DNA from: Amoebophrya sp. A120
Lineage: Eukaryota > Protista > Dinoflagellata
Reading direction: 5' to 3'
Length of the DNA: 64,000 nucleotides
Assembly: GCA_905178155.1 (NCBI GenBank)
Contig: CAJINV010000009.1
Coordinates: forward strand, 3,404,768 to 3,468,767
The notes below the pieces were generated by a model. That model was not told where the DNA came from and searched no databases. It was given only the letters and a program-made list of their open reading frames with translations. Below, piece after piece: positions 1 to 13,300 of this stretch (the first letter of the stretch is position 1; each line of letters starts with the position of its first letter). A program made the position numbers and the translations under genes.

Positions 1-69
1 AATTTGTAGTGCATGACTGCCATCTGTGAAAACGAAAACCGTTAATGTTAACACTTTTTTGTTTGATAG

Positions 70-2874
70 GAGGATTTGGGCACGTTGTGCAGAAAATGCC
101 ACATAAAACGACCGATACGAGCGCACCACTGCGGGACGACGAACAGGTATGATTTAAAGGTTTTTAATTCTGACATTGACACTGACTCGAAAAGCAAAAG
201 ATGATCCCGGCTCTCATGCGTAGGAGCAAGCTGCAATCAACATAGAGCTTCATAATTTTCTCATGCGCATTGTCCATTTAGAAAATCGAACTCCTGAATC
301 ATATCAGATGCGTCCGCCGCATGGACCACTACTGTCCGTGGACAGGGAACACGATCGGGTTTGAGAACCACCGGCTTTTCATTATCAAATGCAAATATGT
401 CTGGGTCTGGAAGGATCCGAACGTGTGATGCTGCATTCGGATTCCAAAAAAGTCTGTATTGCATGACGAGCAAGAGGAGTCGACTCTGTGCTACGCGGAG
501 AGGGCATTTTTTGTCATGCAGTAAACGCATCGGGAAGCCCTCACAAGTCTGTGGTGCTAGGGCATGCATCACAAACATCATGGGTCATGCAAAATGTGCA
601 TGACAAACCTGGCAGTCTTCCAACCCCAGACATATTCGCAATGCATATTCATCCTGTTCCTCCAATACACCTTTTTCGCCTCTTATCCAGGAAAATAACT
701 GTGTAAGTGTAACTTTCTTGGAGGAATAGCATCACAAGTTGGGAAGATATGACAAGTTGGAAGCGCTTCAATCATGCGCAATTCAGCATCACAAGTCTTT
801 CAGATTTTTGCATGCAGCTTCAGACTTACCATGACAAGTTGAAAAAGAAAGCACTTCGTTTTTCGTTTTTTGAAAGAAAGCACTTCGTTTTTTGAAGCAA
901 AGCACTTCGTATTTCTGAAAGAAAGAACTTCGACGTGAATAAAAATAGTGCATGTGAAGATAAGCAGCAGATACTTCAACACCTGCGCAGCTTGCGGGGG
1001 GGTGACTCCTGTGGTCCCCCCCCACCAGCTGTGCCATTTCTCAAATCTCATAGGCGTGCGCTTCTTTTTTTTTCCAGCAGAGGCTGGCGGGGAACATAGC
1101 CAAGGGGGCCGTAGGTAGATCTATCTCTGGGCGTGTAGGTAGTAGAAATCAGTCTGTGTGCCTCCGTCGCTTCTTGTGACTTACCATATTCTGAAAGTTC
1201 AAGTTGTGCGCTGTTTGTCCGACAATAGTGAAGAGAAAGAATGAATTGCTACTGGCCGGAGGACTCTCTACGGGCCGCAGCCAAAGTCGAGCAGGATACA
1301 AAGGTCGAGCAGGATACAAGGTCGGAGTTGGGCGAGGACCGGGATGCGGTCGGAGCTTGCGGATCTTATCAAAAAGGTACGGCCTAAGGCCTCGGGAACG
1401 CCGAACAAAGCCGCGCTCTTCTTCGTGAAACGCCCACCGCTTTTTGCGCAATGGATAAGAAAAAAAATCAAAAGAAAAGAAAATGAAAAGAAAAAAAAAA
1501 TCATAAGAAGAAAGCAAAAAAAAAAAAATCAAGAAAAAAAAATCAAAAGAAAGCAGCGAAAAGAAAAGGAAAAGAAACAATTGCAAATCCATGCGCAGAG
1601 AGTTTAGAAAAAAAAAAAAAAAGAATAGCATCACAAGTTTCCTCTGCAAGCATGACACAGAAAACCTGTCATGCGTAGCTAGTACGTGAAAACACGCACG
1701 AAAATTGCCTCTGATGCATGTCCAGCATGACAAGTGTAACAGTTTTGCATTTTCTGCAACACAAATTTACACTTACACAGTTTTTTTCTTGGATACCTCT
1801 ATCACCCTGTTCGGCTCCGCGCTGCCCGACATCATCCAGCTGTTCAACGGGCGGCAGAGTTGGGACAAAAACACCCGTATCCTGTGCAAAAGTACCGTAC
1901 TGGTATTGCAATCATGCATTACAAATTTTTTTCTCAAGGTAAATCCGCATTACAAATTTTATTTCTCTTGCTGAGGGAATTTGTCATGCATTTATACGAG
2001 TGCGATACTTTTGCAGTTCATAACCCGGTGGACCACGTTTTTTGATAGCAGTTACGAGGCGTCGAACATTCACTTAATCATGTTCGCGGTGACGTTATTT
2101 ATCGCCGTGACCTTCGGTCTCTCCGTCGGCGGCTTGTACGGCACACATCTTTACTTGCTTTTCACCAACAACACGACGCTAGAGATGGGGGGTTTGTTCT
2201 CCAATTCCGAGCAGTTTAACCTGGGGCTTTGCAACAACATCGAGCAGTTGTACGGGAAATTTGGGATCCAGTGGTTTTTGCCGATAAGGTTGTCGGAGGG
2301 GAAAAGGGTTTGCGACGGGTACGAGTTTCCGACGAGAGAGGACATGTTACTCGCGTCCGACAGCGACTTCGCAAACGACCTAAATGACGAGGTCGGGAAG
2401 GACACAAAGTTGGTCAAGAGGGGAGCGCCGGGGCAGGCGAGGTATAATTGCATTTCTGCATTACAAATTTATTTCTCAAGTTAAATGCGCATTACAAATT
2501 TTATTTCTCATGCTGAAGAAATTTGCAATGCAATTTATACTAGTACGATACTTTTGCAGTTCATAGAGCGCCGGGGCAGGTTAGGTATAATCGTGAGTTG
2601 CTTCCTCAGTTTTCTGCAGTAGTAACCTAGTTTACGCGGTGGAACATTTTTACCTATATGAAATTCGGTTTCAAGTAGATGTAGAACTTCAATCTGTGAT
2701 GTTGCTTATTTTCCGACCGTATAATTCGAAGAAACATAGTAATAGTTTCTCACGTAAAAAAAACTTCTACATCATCAACCACTACAGCAACCAAAACAAG
2801 AACCGGATGGGGCTTGTGCCGCACAAGCAAGTCTCCGCGACGCCAATTGGGGTATCCGCGCCAGCAGAGCATGA
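70..2874 (+). CDS. DHHC-family palmitoyltransferase (DHYC variant), 5' end upstream of window; multi-exon
   Basis: Exon 70-146 ([15 protein letters not shown]) joins across GT-AG intron 147-307 to [24 protein letters not shown]. Removing elements 383-647, 684-1795 and 1878-2022 gives [17 protein letters not shown]...[10 protein letters not shown] (TTxE motif). Last exon 2788-2874 is tentative. Confidence 0.9.
383..647. mobile_element. Introner-like TIR intron, family A
   Basis: DR ttcat/ttcat; TATCAAATGCAAATATGTCTGGG...CCCAGACATATTCGCAATGCATA; removal restores F-I-L-F. Confidence 0.95.
684..1795. mobile_element. Introner-like TIR intron, family I, enlarged by a nested 882-bp insert
   Basis: DR cctct; TATCCAGGAAAATAACTGTGTAAGTGT...ACACTTACACAGTTTTTTTCTTGGATA; its flanks match the reverse complement of the 215-bp copy at 12523-12737. 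Confidence 0.92.
741..1622 (+). mobile_element. Retrotransposed (SINE-like or 5'-truncated non-LTR) insert nested in an introner
   Basis: 17-bp duplication GAATAGCATCACAAGTT at 724-740 and 1623-1639; A15 tail at 1608-1622; empty site visible in the 12523 copy. Confidence 0.75.
1878..2022. mobile_element. Introner-like TIR intron, family B
   Basis: DR acccg; TATCCTGTGCAAAAGTA...TACTTTTGCAGTTCATA; restores N-T-R-W. Confidence 0.95.
2449..2565. mobile_element. 5'-truncated family B introner remnant
   Basis: Right TIR (CGATACTTTTGCAGTTCATA) intact; left TIR replaced by a 26-nt duplication (2423-2448 vs 2566-2591). Confidence 0.8.
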
Positions 2875-4633
2875 TGATTTGGAGTCCTTGTCGGGCAGTG
2901 AGCAACGCTTGATGAACAAGTAAGTAGGCTGCAGTTTCTCATGGGCAATGATCCGGCGACGTAACAACAAGTCTCTTCTCTCATGCTCTGAAGATCCCCT
3001 CGTGCTCGTACTTGCAAGTAATTGTTGTTTGCGACGAACACACGATCCAAAATAAATCCGAAAAGTGAATGTATCCATGCTGCTGTTCTTGCTGTCACCT
3101 ACTTCCCGGCTTCTCAAGAATCAGCTTCGTGGCTGCATTCATATCGAAAGATGAAAGAGGACGAAAAATACTGTACTTCTATTGTGCGAAATTAATACAG
3201 TGAAAGTGATTCATCTTCACTTTTTATTTTGTACAAAGAAATAAATGGCGAAAAGTATCAAACTGGTACTATTCTATCCGAAAGTGCTTTTTGTTGTCGA
3301 TAGCAGCTATTTTTCTTCGTTTACCCGAAGGAATTTGATACTGGCTGAACTGAAATTGAAAATTTGAGAAAAATTCGTCGAAGGTAAGATGATCTTTGTG
3401 TGCTAGCTGGTAGTAGTACAAAAAAGTGATGCGGCCTACAGTCGTACTTTTTGGAAGACTTGTCATGACTGGTAGCTAGCATCATCTAGGAGTGCAATTA
3501 CCGGTTCAGGCTTAGATCACATAACTCGAGAAGATCTTTTATTTTCACCTCCCTACAAGAACAAGAGCCACGACGTAAATTTCCGTATTTTTGTCGATCA
3601 CGTTTGAAATTCGAATGTACATTCAGTTCATCAACAACTTTCATTTTTTTGCTTCTAGAATTAAATTTGCTATGCACGTTTTTTGAGCTCCAACTGGGCC
3701 TAATGGCGTGAAACACGTCGCTACAACACGATCCGTACGACAAGAACGGCGCACAAAATTTTGTAGCATGGCAGAGTAATACAAATATCAAAAAGCTTGT
3801 TTTGAGGCACCAAAGCGATCTTCAGCAACTGTCCGCGATTTTTCTCTGGACACGACTTGCCCGTCCTGCGGCGGCATTGTGCCCTATCAGCGTGTTGTTC
3901 TATTGTGCTCTCGCACGATTATTTGTTCATAACTAGGCTTCCAGAAAGCGGGTTACATCAACCGGCCCTATTCGTACAACTCTGGAGGCTACTTCTACTG
4001 ACGGTAACAAACTGCAAGAACTGTATTACAGCTGTTGATACGCTGTTCCAAGTTTTATTCGACGAACAAGATCAAGCATAGGTCTCTTTCTCTACTCAAG
4101 TATGCACCGGAAGAAGCCACCTAAAAGATCCACTTGTTCCATCGTTCCTCCCGATTTTCTTGATTCCTAACCAGGTCCAGCGACATAATGAAAGTTTCGT
4201 AGGATGTTAGAACGACCATACAACTTACACAACGCGAAGTTTATTTCTTGCCTGTTCTCAAAACAGAGTAGAAATTTAGTTTTAGTTTCACCCAGCAGAT
4301 GAAGTTTTAGGTATTTAGAGGTAAGTACCACTAGCGCATAGAAAGCAATATTCTTTATCTTTTCAAGAAAGTGAGTAGATGATCACGATCTGTTTCAACA
4401 AACACGCGCTCTCTGTATGTGACGTTGACGATATGATTGGTCTATTGCTCGAGAAAAAGCTCGTCAAGCAGTGTGTTACCTTCTAATGAAATGTGAGTCG
4501 CAGCCGCAGCGAACAATCCATCTGGAGATTTATTGAGTTTTCTGGAGATTCCAGCCTCAACCGGTAATATTCTCCGACGACAATAAGTACGACCCGGACG
4601 TGACTCTCTATCCGACCCCAGAAAAAAACGACC

Positions 4634-7600
4634 ATGTTTGGCGGCGGTGGCGGCGGCCTTTTTGGCAACACGAACAACCAGCAACCCAGTGGCGGTTTGT
4701 TCGGTGCGGCGCAGACACCCGCACCCAACACCAATTCCGGTCTATTCGGGCAAACCCCAGCGCCCAATGCCGGGGGTGGAGGTAGAGATCATTGCTTGAT
4801 TTATTTGCTGGCCATCCACTCATTTGATAGTGTCTGCACGATGTGGTTGGTAGTCTGGGTGTTTTTGACTACTTACATTTGGTTGTCGTGCTAAAAGTCA
4901 TGATAATTCAGCCTGCATTTATTGTGACTTCATCTCACTCTAGGTACTTTAGTACACACAATTTCACTTTCCCAAATAACTAGGTCTTTTCGGCAGCACG
5001 CCGACGCCCAACACGGGTGGCGGGCTGTTCGGCAACACGCAGCAACCGCAGCAAAATCAAGGCGGCGGGCTGTTCGGCAATACGCAGCAACCCCAGCAGC
5101 AAAATCAGGGTGGCGGGCTATTCGGCAATACGCAGCAGCCGCAGCAAAATCAGGGGGGCGGGTTATTCGGCAATACGCAACAACCCCAGCAGAATCAGGG
5201 CGGAGGATTGTTTGGCAATACCGGGGCGGGAAATACAGGTAAGTAGAAGATTCAGTACGTCAGTTCTTTTTGATCTTCATAGCGAAAGAACATTTCCTAG
5301 AAACGACGAATAGGCTAGCGATAGGATCATAGTATGCAAATATTTCTTCAACTTCGTAGAGGGAGTTGAGATAGGAACGAAAGCAAAAAAAAGACCTTGC
5401 ATGATCTTCAACCGATCTGAAATTACTTATTCAGGCGGCGGTTTATTCGGCAACACGGCGGGTCAGCCGCAGCAAGCCCTGAACAACCTCCAGCAAATGG
5501 GCCAAATCCAGGGGTCCACGGTTCCCTACCAGCTCACCGTGCGACAGGAGAACGCTCAGGGAAAACTGTCGACGGAAAAATACGTGTCGATTTCCATGAT
5601 GGATGCCTACAAAAGTATTTACCTCTTACTTTGATTTTACATTTTACCAGCGTAGCATAATTTCATCGAATTGCGTTGGTTGCTCTCTGACGGTGCTTTT
5701 CTGATGCATGTATGTCAATCTGAGTCTGACATATTTGTTGTGCAAAAAATGAAATTTGATGCCCATGGCAGATTTTGAATCTACCCGGTTGTAGTACGCG
5801 GAAAAAATTATCAGATAAGTCCTTCGAAGAGATTCGGTTTGAAGATTACGCTGCAAATCGAAAGGGCGGCGGACAGCAGGTGCAGGGAGCAGCTGCCGGC
5901 GGCGGTCTCTTTGGCAACCAGCAGCAGCCACAACAGGCGGGAGGCTTATTTGGCAGTCAGCCGCAACAGAATCAAGGCGGGGGTCTATTCGGAAATCAAC
6001 AACCACAACAAAGCACCGGTGGGGGTTTATTTGGAAATCAACAACCGCAACAAAACACCGGTGGCGGTTTATTTGGAAATCAGCAACCGCAGCAAAATAC
6101 CGGTGGCGGTTTATTTGGAAATCAGCAACCGCAGCAAAACACCGGTGGCGGATTGTTCGGCAACACAAATAACCAACAGCCATCTGGCGGGCTGTTCGGC
6201 AACACGACTAGTCAGCCGCAGCAGAACCAAGGTGGCGGTCTCTTCGGAAACCAGCCGCAGCAGAACCAAGGTGGTGGGCTCTTCGGAAACCAGCCTCAGC
6301 AAAACCAAGGGGGCGGGTTGTTTGGCAACACCCAGCAACCGCAGCAAAACCAGGGCGGCGGGCTGTTTGGCAACACCCAGCAGCCGCAGCAAAACCAAGG
6401 GGGCGGGTTGTTCGGCAACACCCAGCAGCCGCAGCAAAACGCCGGTGGCGGGCTCTTCGGCAACACCCAGCAGCCACAGCAGAACACGGGTGGCGGGCTT
6501 TTCGGTAACACCCAGCAGCCACAACAGAGCACGGGTGGCGGACTGTTCGGGAATAGTACCCAGCAACCCCAGCAGAACACGGGCGGAGGGTTGTTCGGGA
6601 ACACTCAACCGCAGCAAAGCCAAGGCGGAGGACTGTTTGGCAACACAACGAATAACCAGCCGCAAGGCTCAAGCTTGTTTGGCAACACAAACCAGCAGCC
6701 AGCTGGCTCCTCTCTTTTCGGGAACACAAACACAAACACGGGAGCAGGCGGTTTATTTGGTAACACAGCAAACACCAACACCGGCGGAGGGTTATTTGGC
6801 AACACGGGAGGTACTGCAAACACTGGTGGAGGGCTCTTTGGCAACACAGCGCAGCCACAGCAGAACAATCAAGCCGGTGGGCTGTTTGGCAACAACAGCT
6901 TAGTACCGAATAACAACCCGTCCTCTGTCCTTCCGAACAACAATTTGAATCAGATCCAGAACAGCAACTACCAAAACACACTGCAGCAGCAGAACCAACT
7001 GCTGCAAATCTTGAACCTGCCGGACAAAATTTCCCAGATGATCGCGGAGGAGCGCGCACGGCAAATGCCAGTGAACAGTAATCAGAACGGAACATCCGGA
7101 AACACCGCCAATTACGAAACCGCGGTCGACGCCCCGCCCCGGCCGCTTGGCCTCGTCACGCCCAAAACCCCGCCAAAAATCGCCAATCTGTGGAAACACG
7201 CGCAGCCCGAGCCGATCGCGCCCAACGGGATGGTGGAAAGGCACCGGGTTGTTTCCGGGCACTACAGCTCCGCTGCAAGCTCGGTTTCCGGCACCAGCCG
7301 GGGAAGGTACGGAAGAGACTATCTCGGGTCGATTGACAATTTGATTTCGAGGTCACCGTCGCTATCACCGAAGAGCCAGATTGGGGAGGACAGGGGTGGG
7401 ACCGATCCAGGGTTTGAGGGCAACGATTACAAGCCGTATCACAATCTGCCACTAAGGCAGCCCAGAGGGAGTCAGCCGTCGACGCCTGGTAGGGTTTTTT
7501 TTTGTGGTGCAATTGATTCTATGCATAATTGCAAGGTTCAGCTGTCAGCATAATGTTTGAAACTACAGCAAGAAGTGTTACTTGCAGGAAAAAAGCATGA

Positions 7601-9367
7601 TAGAAATGCCTAATGCAAGAGTCTTTCATCTAAGTACGAAATACCACCAAAAAACAAAAACAGTTCACACATCCGGAACTCCGCCGCTTCACCCAGCCTC
7701 TGCGGGTTCCAATATGCCGTCTTTCACGCTCGCGTCCGGGCACCAGCACCAGGAGTCCTACTCCACACACCCACCTCCGGTGGTCGAGCACGTGTCCTCG
7801 GGTTTGCCCGAGGTGGAGTGGGCCATTAAGCCGCAGATCGTTCGGCACGGGGGTCACGGCGGGGTAACACACGTCGGCCACATCCAGTCGCACGCGCCGC
7901 AACAACATCATCATCCCGAGCAACATTACGATGGGATGGCGCAACAAGCCGGGTACTACGACGTCTACAATATGTTGATAGATAAGTACGTTGGTAGCCG
8001 CAGTTGCTGTAAAAAAGTTTGATTTATTATTTCTACCCCTACGATCTTCATCTTTGCGGTTCGGTTTCTTGACGCTTCCCACGTTTGGAAGCAGCAGACG
8101 AACTTTTTGTAGAACCATTTTGCATGCGTGAGATTAGGGGTAAAAAAAGGTTTCAAATGTAGTTCATCATCCTCGAATTCGCGTCCTCGTCAGCCAGAAA
8201 AATGGCAATTCCAAAATCTTCCTGTACAGGTCCCCTCCCTGTGGCAGCCGATCCCCCGGAGCAACCAATCCCATGCAACCCCAACCCATTTACACCAACC
8301 ACCGCGGCGAGCACTTCTACGCGAAGCAGGAGAGTAAAAACAGCAACGCAGGGGGGCTGTATCCGAAACTTTCCTCGCCTTCGCAGATGATGGAACCTGC
8401 AGGAGCGCACATGATGATGCACCAACATCCCAACGCTTACAACAAGCAGAGTACATCAACTAGAGTCCGGCGGGAGCTGTTGCCTTTCATTAACCGTCCG
8501 GCGTATTATTGCGAGCCGCCCATCGAAAAGCTGGCGGAGCTGTCGGAATTTGAGCTGGCGACCTTTCGGAATTTCAAGTACGGGAAGCACGGGATGGGGC
8601 ACGTGCAGTTTCCCATGGAGCTAGATTTGAGAGAAATGGACCTTGATTCTCTCGTCGACTTCGGCACGATGACAATCACGGTATAGATTTTTACGAAGTT
8701 TTAGTTTTGTTTTTGACAATTGGATTATATGCATGACAGATCATCGTCACGGTGCACTGTACGCATGACAAAAAATGACAGAACAAAAAATCGATGGCTC
8801 TATCCAGGTCCACCAGGAAGTGTGGCGGCCGATGATTGACCGGGCAAAAGCCGTGCTATCAGATGTAAAAATGTGTGGGTCTGGAAGGTTGGAACTTGTG
8901 ATGCTAACTTTGGACTCTAAAAAAATCTGTATTGCATGACCAGCAAGAGGACTCGAGTTTGTGCTACGCGGGGAGGGCATTTGTCATGCGGAGTAGGCAT
9001 CAGGAAGCCCTCTGGAAATCTATGATGCTAGGTCGTGCATTACAGACATCCTGGGTCATGCAAAATATGCATGACAATCTCAGAATCTTCCAGACCCAGA
9101 CACTTTTGCATTTGATACGTGCTCGAGCGACACAACATGCGACCCCGGTCGCACCCGAGTAGCCCCTTCGACAAAACCGAGGATTTGAATCACATGCGGG
9201 TGACTCTGATTCTCGATTTTGAGAAAATGGCCCCCGGCCGGGGGTTCGACGATCCGGCGCAGCGACGGGGCATTGCGCAGAAGTTGGAGAGTATGACGAA
9301 GCAAACGGGGTACAAATTTGTCAGCTTCGACGGTCACGACTGGGTTTTCAAGGTGCCGCTAGAATAG
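4634..9367 (+). CDS. NUP98: GLFG-repeat nucleoporin, Nup98/Nup116-like (GLEBS plus C-terminal autopeptidase-fold domain); multi-exon
   Basis: Dozens of GGLFG repeats; GLEBS-like [21 protein letters not shown] across intron 5615-5814; C-domain [10 protein letters not shown]...[13 protein letters not shown]...[16 protein letters not shown]; GT-AG introns 4782-4983 and 5239-5434. Confidence 0.9.
5893..6900 (+). repeat. GLFG/QQPQQ coding tandem repeats
   Basis: Recurring unit of about 39-45 nt encoding [15 protein letters not shown]. Confidence 0.95.
8857..9117. mobile_element. Introner-like TIR intron, family A
   Basis: DR cgtgc; family A TIR; restores A-V-L-E-R. Confidence 0.95.
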
Positions 9368-10379
9368 GCGGAGATGATAGAAGATGATGTTGCAAGGGTA
9401 CCCGCAAGTAAGTACTTACTACTTACAACTCGCACTCCTGCTCGTGGTCCTTACAACACGACATCAAATAAAGCTACATGGAAGTAGCGAGGTGAAGTGG
9501 CGCTCCACACTGCTGAGAAGTGCTCTTTTCAGAGACCACAGGCGAACTAGTTGTGACGAGGTGGAACCACGTTTTTGACGAGGCAACTACGGACTATATT
9601 TGTATTTTCACGCGATCATCATCATACAGACGATAACTACGACAAAACTGACCAATTTCAATTTCAATTCGACGAGAATTTTTACAGGAGAGTAACTTCC
9701 TAGAAGGATTGCAGCACCAGCAGGTGTCATTTGTGTCGTAGATGCCTCACTCGTGTTCCTCGAAACTCGTCGGGTCGTCTGGGCAGGAATGTAAATAGCA
9801 GCTGAGGACATGTTGATCAAGAGAGCTGCACCGGCAGTACTTCTACGTTGAGCGAATGAGCGAAATTTGGTGCGAAAGACGCACGACAAGGGCATGAACA
9901 AAGTACTGACCCCCAGCATGGTGAAGTACGTGAACTCCTTTAAAAATCTTGGACTTCTTCACCAAATGCACTAGCTTGGGTTCTTTTTTTCTCTGCACAA
10001 TATTACAACGAAAACGCACGATACGTGATAAAAAGGTGATGTTAGACGATGAAAGAATAGGAATACAGGGCGCTTGGAGGGTCCTCGCGTGTTGATTTTG
10101 ACCCTTCCATACATGATATGTTGTAGTTCGGTGGAAATAAAACACCGCGATCCTGAAGCTGATAATCGTCCCGGCCTGGAGGTGAATCCACGACGACTGA
10201 TGAGCGACGTCCGACTTTGAGGACGCAGTGAACGTATTTTGCGTTTTTGCAGTCCGTCGCCAGCACCATCGTCGAGTGGTTCAGTCCATATTTGTTTCAC
10301 ATGAATAAGTAAGCTCCTACCCCTCCTGCTTCCTGTGAATCATCATTTCATCGTCGGGACGAAATCTACTTTTCGAACC

Positions 10380-13300
10380 ATGAAGATGCGGACCACGCGG
10401 CTACTTACGACCCGCATTTTCTTCACCGGCACCTGTTTATTTACTGATTCGAGCCGCGCTCGTGTGGGCAAGAAGCCGCGCTCGTGTGGTCATGCTGGCG
10501 AGCAGCTGGCATCAACATCTTCCCTAGATGAAGTTGTTGTACCCGGCGAACAAGACTTCTCCTACACCAGTCGTGCAGCAGCTGAACTACAACAGGGGCA
10601 GACTTTTGCAGAGGATGCTGCGATGAAGCCTGGAGGACGAGGGCAGATCCTCGTCGACGTGGACGCGCTCGCACAGACGAGTGCAACGCAGGGCTCTGTC
10701 GCGAAGCTCGACTCGTGGGCCGTGCCGGATGAAAAATCTGGGGTCGACGTCGACGCGGGGGAAAGGAGCGCGGCCAGTTTCACGCAGAAGCATGTCGACT
10801 TGCGGTCATGGCTCCCTACTTATTGGGGCTCCATTCGCAAGTTGCAGGTGACCCTCAAGGTTGGGCAGTATCTCGCTTGCAAGTGCTCGATAGCCTCGGC
10901 CGATGAGTCAGCAACCAGTTGGATTTACTATCAACTGCAAACATCGATCTGGGTCTCTCTGGAAACTTGTGATGCTGACCCACGACCGTAGATGATTGAA
11001 ATTATAATCCTTCCCAATTATGCAGCCAAGCATGACAAAATTGCGGAACTACACTTTCTCATGCACAGTCCGCATGATGAGAAACTCAAACTGCGCTTGT
11101 TTATGACAAGAAAAGAGGGCGTCTTTCTATTGGTCACGGAAAGATACAGATTTTACTGGAACGCAGGACTACTAGCATGACAAGTTCCGTCCTTCCAGAT
11201 TCAGATCGATAGTTGCAATGCATAAAATCAACCAACCCATACGGATCACCGGTGCACCTCCCCTCTCCCGTCCTGCTTCACCTTTTCTGGGAAAGATGTA
11301 TTACGTGCCGTGGAATTCGCCACTGTCCATCAGGGCCCGCTTATCATTTGTAAAAACGTCATCCCCACACCAGAGTCAAAATGGGAAATCTGCTAGACAA
11401 ATCAGCCAGCTTTGGTCGTTTGGTATGACAAGTTTTCCCTCGTAGTGTGGCCCTGTTCTTTCGCTAGTTCAGAAGCATCACAGATCTAGCATGTCGTGCT
11501 GATTGTAGCGTCACAAATCTCTCCAAAACACGACTAGAAATAAATGCCTCTCATGGCGCTCCGCGTGACAAACTTTTTTGGCATGCAGATTTGCATGACA
11601 ACTCTGGGGTGTGGGCCCCGTTTTTACTCAGGATACCGCTTGGCCTCTGCCCCGCAGTTTCCCCTGGACTACACCTTGGGGACGACACATCTACGTGGGG
11701 ACGACGACACCTACGTGGGGACCGCTACGTTGCGAGCGAACAGGTTTGGATTTCAACAGCCTGAAGACGCCGACGGTTCGCTGCTCGGTCCCGATGACCT
11801 GTTCAACGAGAACTCGGCCGAGGCAACTGGTAGTACTCCGGAAGTTTTATTCCCTGTCAGTGCGGAGGATCAAGATTTAGCAGTCGCACAACCGATATGC
11901 ATTGCAAATATGTCTGGGTCTGGAAACTTGTGATGCAAGTCCGTGTAAGTGCTCTGTATCTGTAATGCGCCGCCAAGCATGACAAATTTTTTTTTTTTCG
12001 TGCTTCTGTGATGCGTATTTCGCATGAGAAACTGCGCTTTTGCATGACAGGCAAGAGGACCTCTGGGTGGCCGCGCAATACAGAGTGCAGAGTCATGCCA
12101 GACTAGCACGACCACAATCTTCCAGACCCAGACATTTTTGCATTTGATAACCGAACGGGAAACTGACCGGGCGGCGTGGACGCTGGGCCTCCAAGTCGAA
12201 CGCCGATCCGTTTCTGCTGAAGTTCACCCCTGTATGAGAGTGCGGAAGATCTCCCCCTCCCCCGGATTTGTATGGCATGAACAGCAGTAAAAACACCAGT
12301 ACGCGTGGAGCCTGTGCATGAGCATGGGAAAATCATGCGCCTAGTGTTTGTAGTACTGTTTATGTGGGCTCGTTCCGGAATCGGTCATGCAGACAGTGCC
12401 ACAGGGCAGCAGTTGGATTTGGGGTTTTGCATGACAAAGGAGGAGGAGGGGGTGTTGTGCACTCTCATACCCGAATCTGGACGTTCCCGCTTCGGAATAC
12501 TCGGAAATGAGAGTGAATCGATTATGCAAGAAAAAAACTATGTGAGTGTACTAAGTCTGTGATGCAGAGGACGAGGCAAGACACTTACATCTGTCATGCT
12601 GGACATGCGTCAGAGGCTCTTTTCGTGGGTGTTTTCACGTACTAAGTACGCATGACAGGTTTTCTGTGTCATGCAGAGCAAACTTGTGATGCTGTTCGTC
12701 CAAGAAAGTTGCACTAACACAGTTGTTTTCCTGGATATCGATGGAGTCATGCACGGGATCGGTCACTGCCCGACAGCGTGGAGGCCCTCGTTCTCCACAT
12801 GCCGGAATTTTTTAAGCGCAACTGCGAGCATATCACACAGAAAAAAACGGGCAGGTCACATTTGTACTTAAATGCAAAAATAAACTCACAAAAAGATCTG
12901 TATTGCATATCCGAAACAGCATGCTACGGGGCCACCCGTGACAGATTTTTTTGTGTATTTATTTTTGCATTACAAATACCAGCCATGCTCCGGCTAACGC
13001 CGGAGCGCACGGCTGTTGTGCTGGGGTGTGACTATTTGCTGATCGGACCGCGACGTAAAAGCTTTGGGGGCAGCGTGACAGGCCGAGGGAAGTACTTCCG
13101 CATGACGGCTTGCGCCATGTCAACCCGCATGGGCCCCTGCGCGCTTCCCGCGCCTTTAGGCGCTATGCGCAGGGAGCAACTGCAGGGAAGCTTGGGGGCG
13201 AAGGGGAGCCGCCGCGACGTAGGTGCCGAAGCAAAACGGGGACCGCGCAGCCCTTTGTTGATCACTCTCCCGCGCCCGCCCATCTGATTCCCAGGCGGAA

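Noticed and set aside
1149-1733. 194-aa Phe-rich minus-strand ORF resembling a membrane protein
   Set aside because: It is the reverse complement of the A-rich tail of the nested insert.
5893-6900. Regularly spaced repeats resembling a CRISPR array
   Set aside because: They are codon-degenerate coding GLFG repeats with no unique spacers or cas genes, in a eukaryotic context.
6111-7095. Long minus-strand ORFs (184-295 aa)
   Set aside because: Antisense shadows of the repetitive nucleoporin exon.
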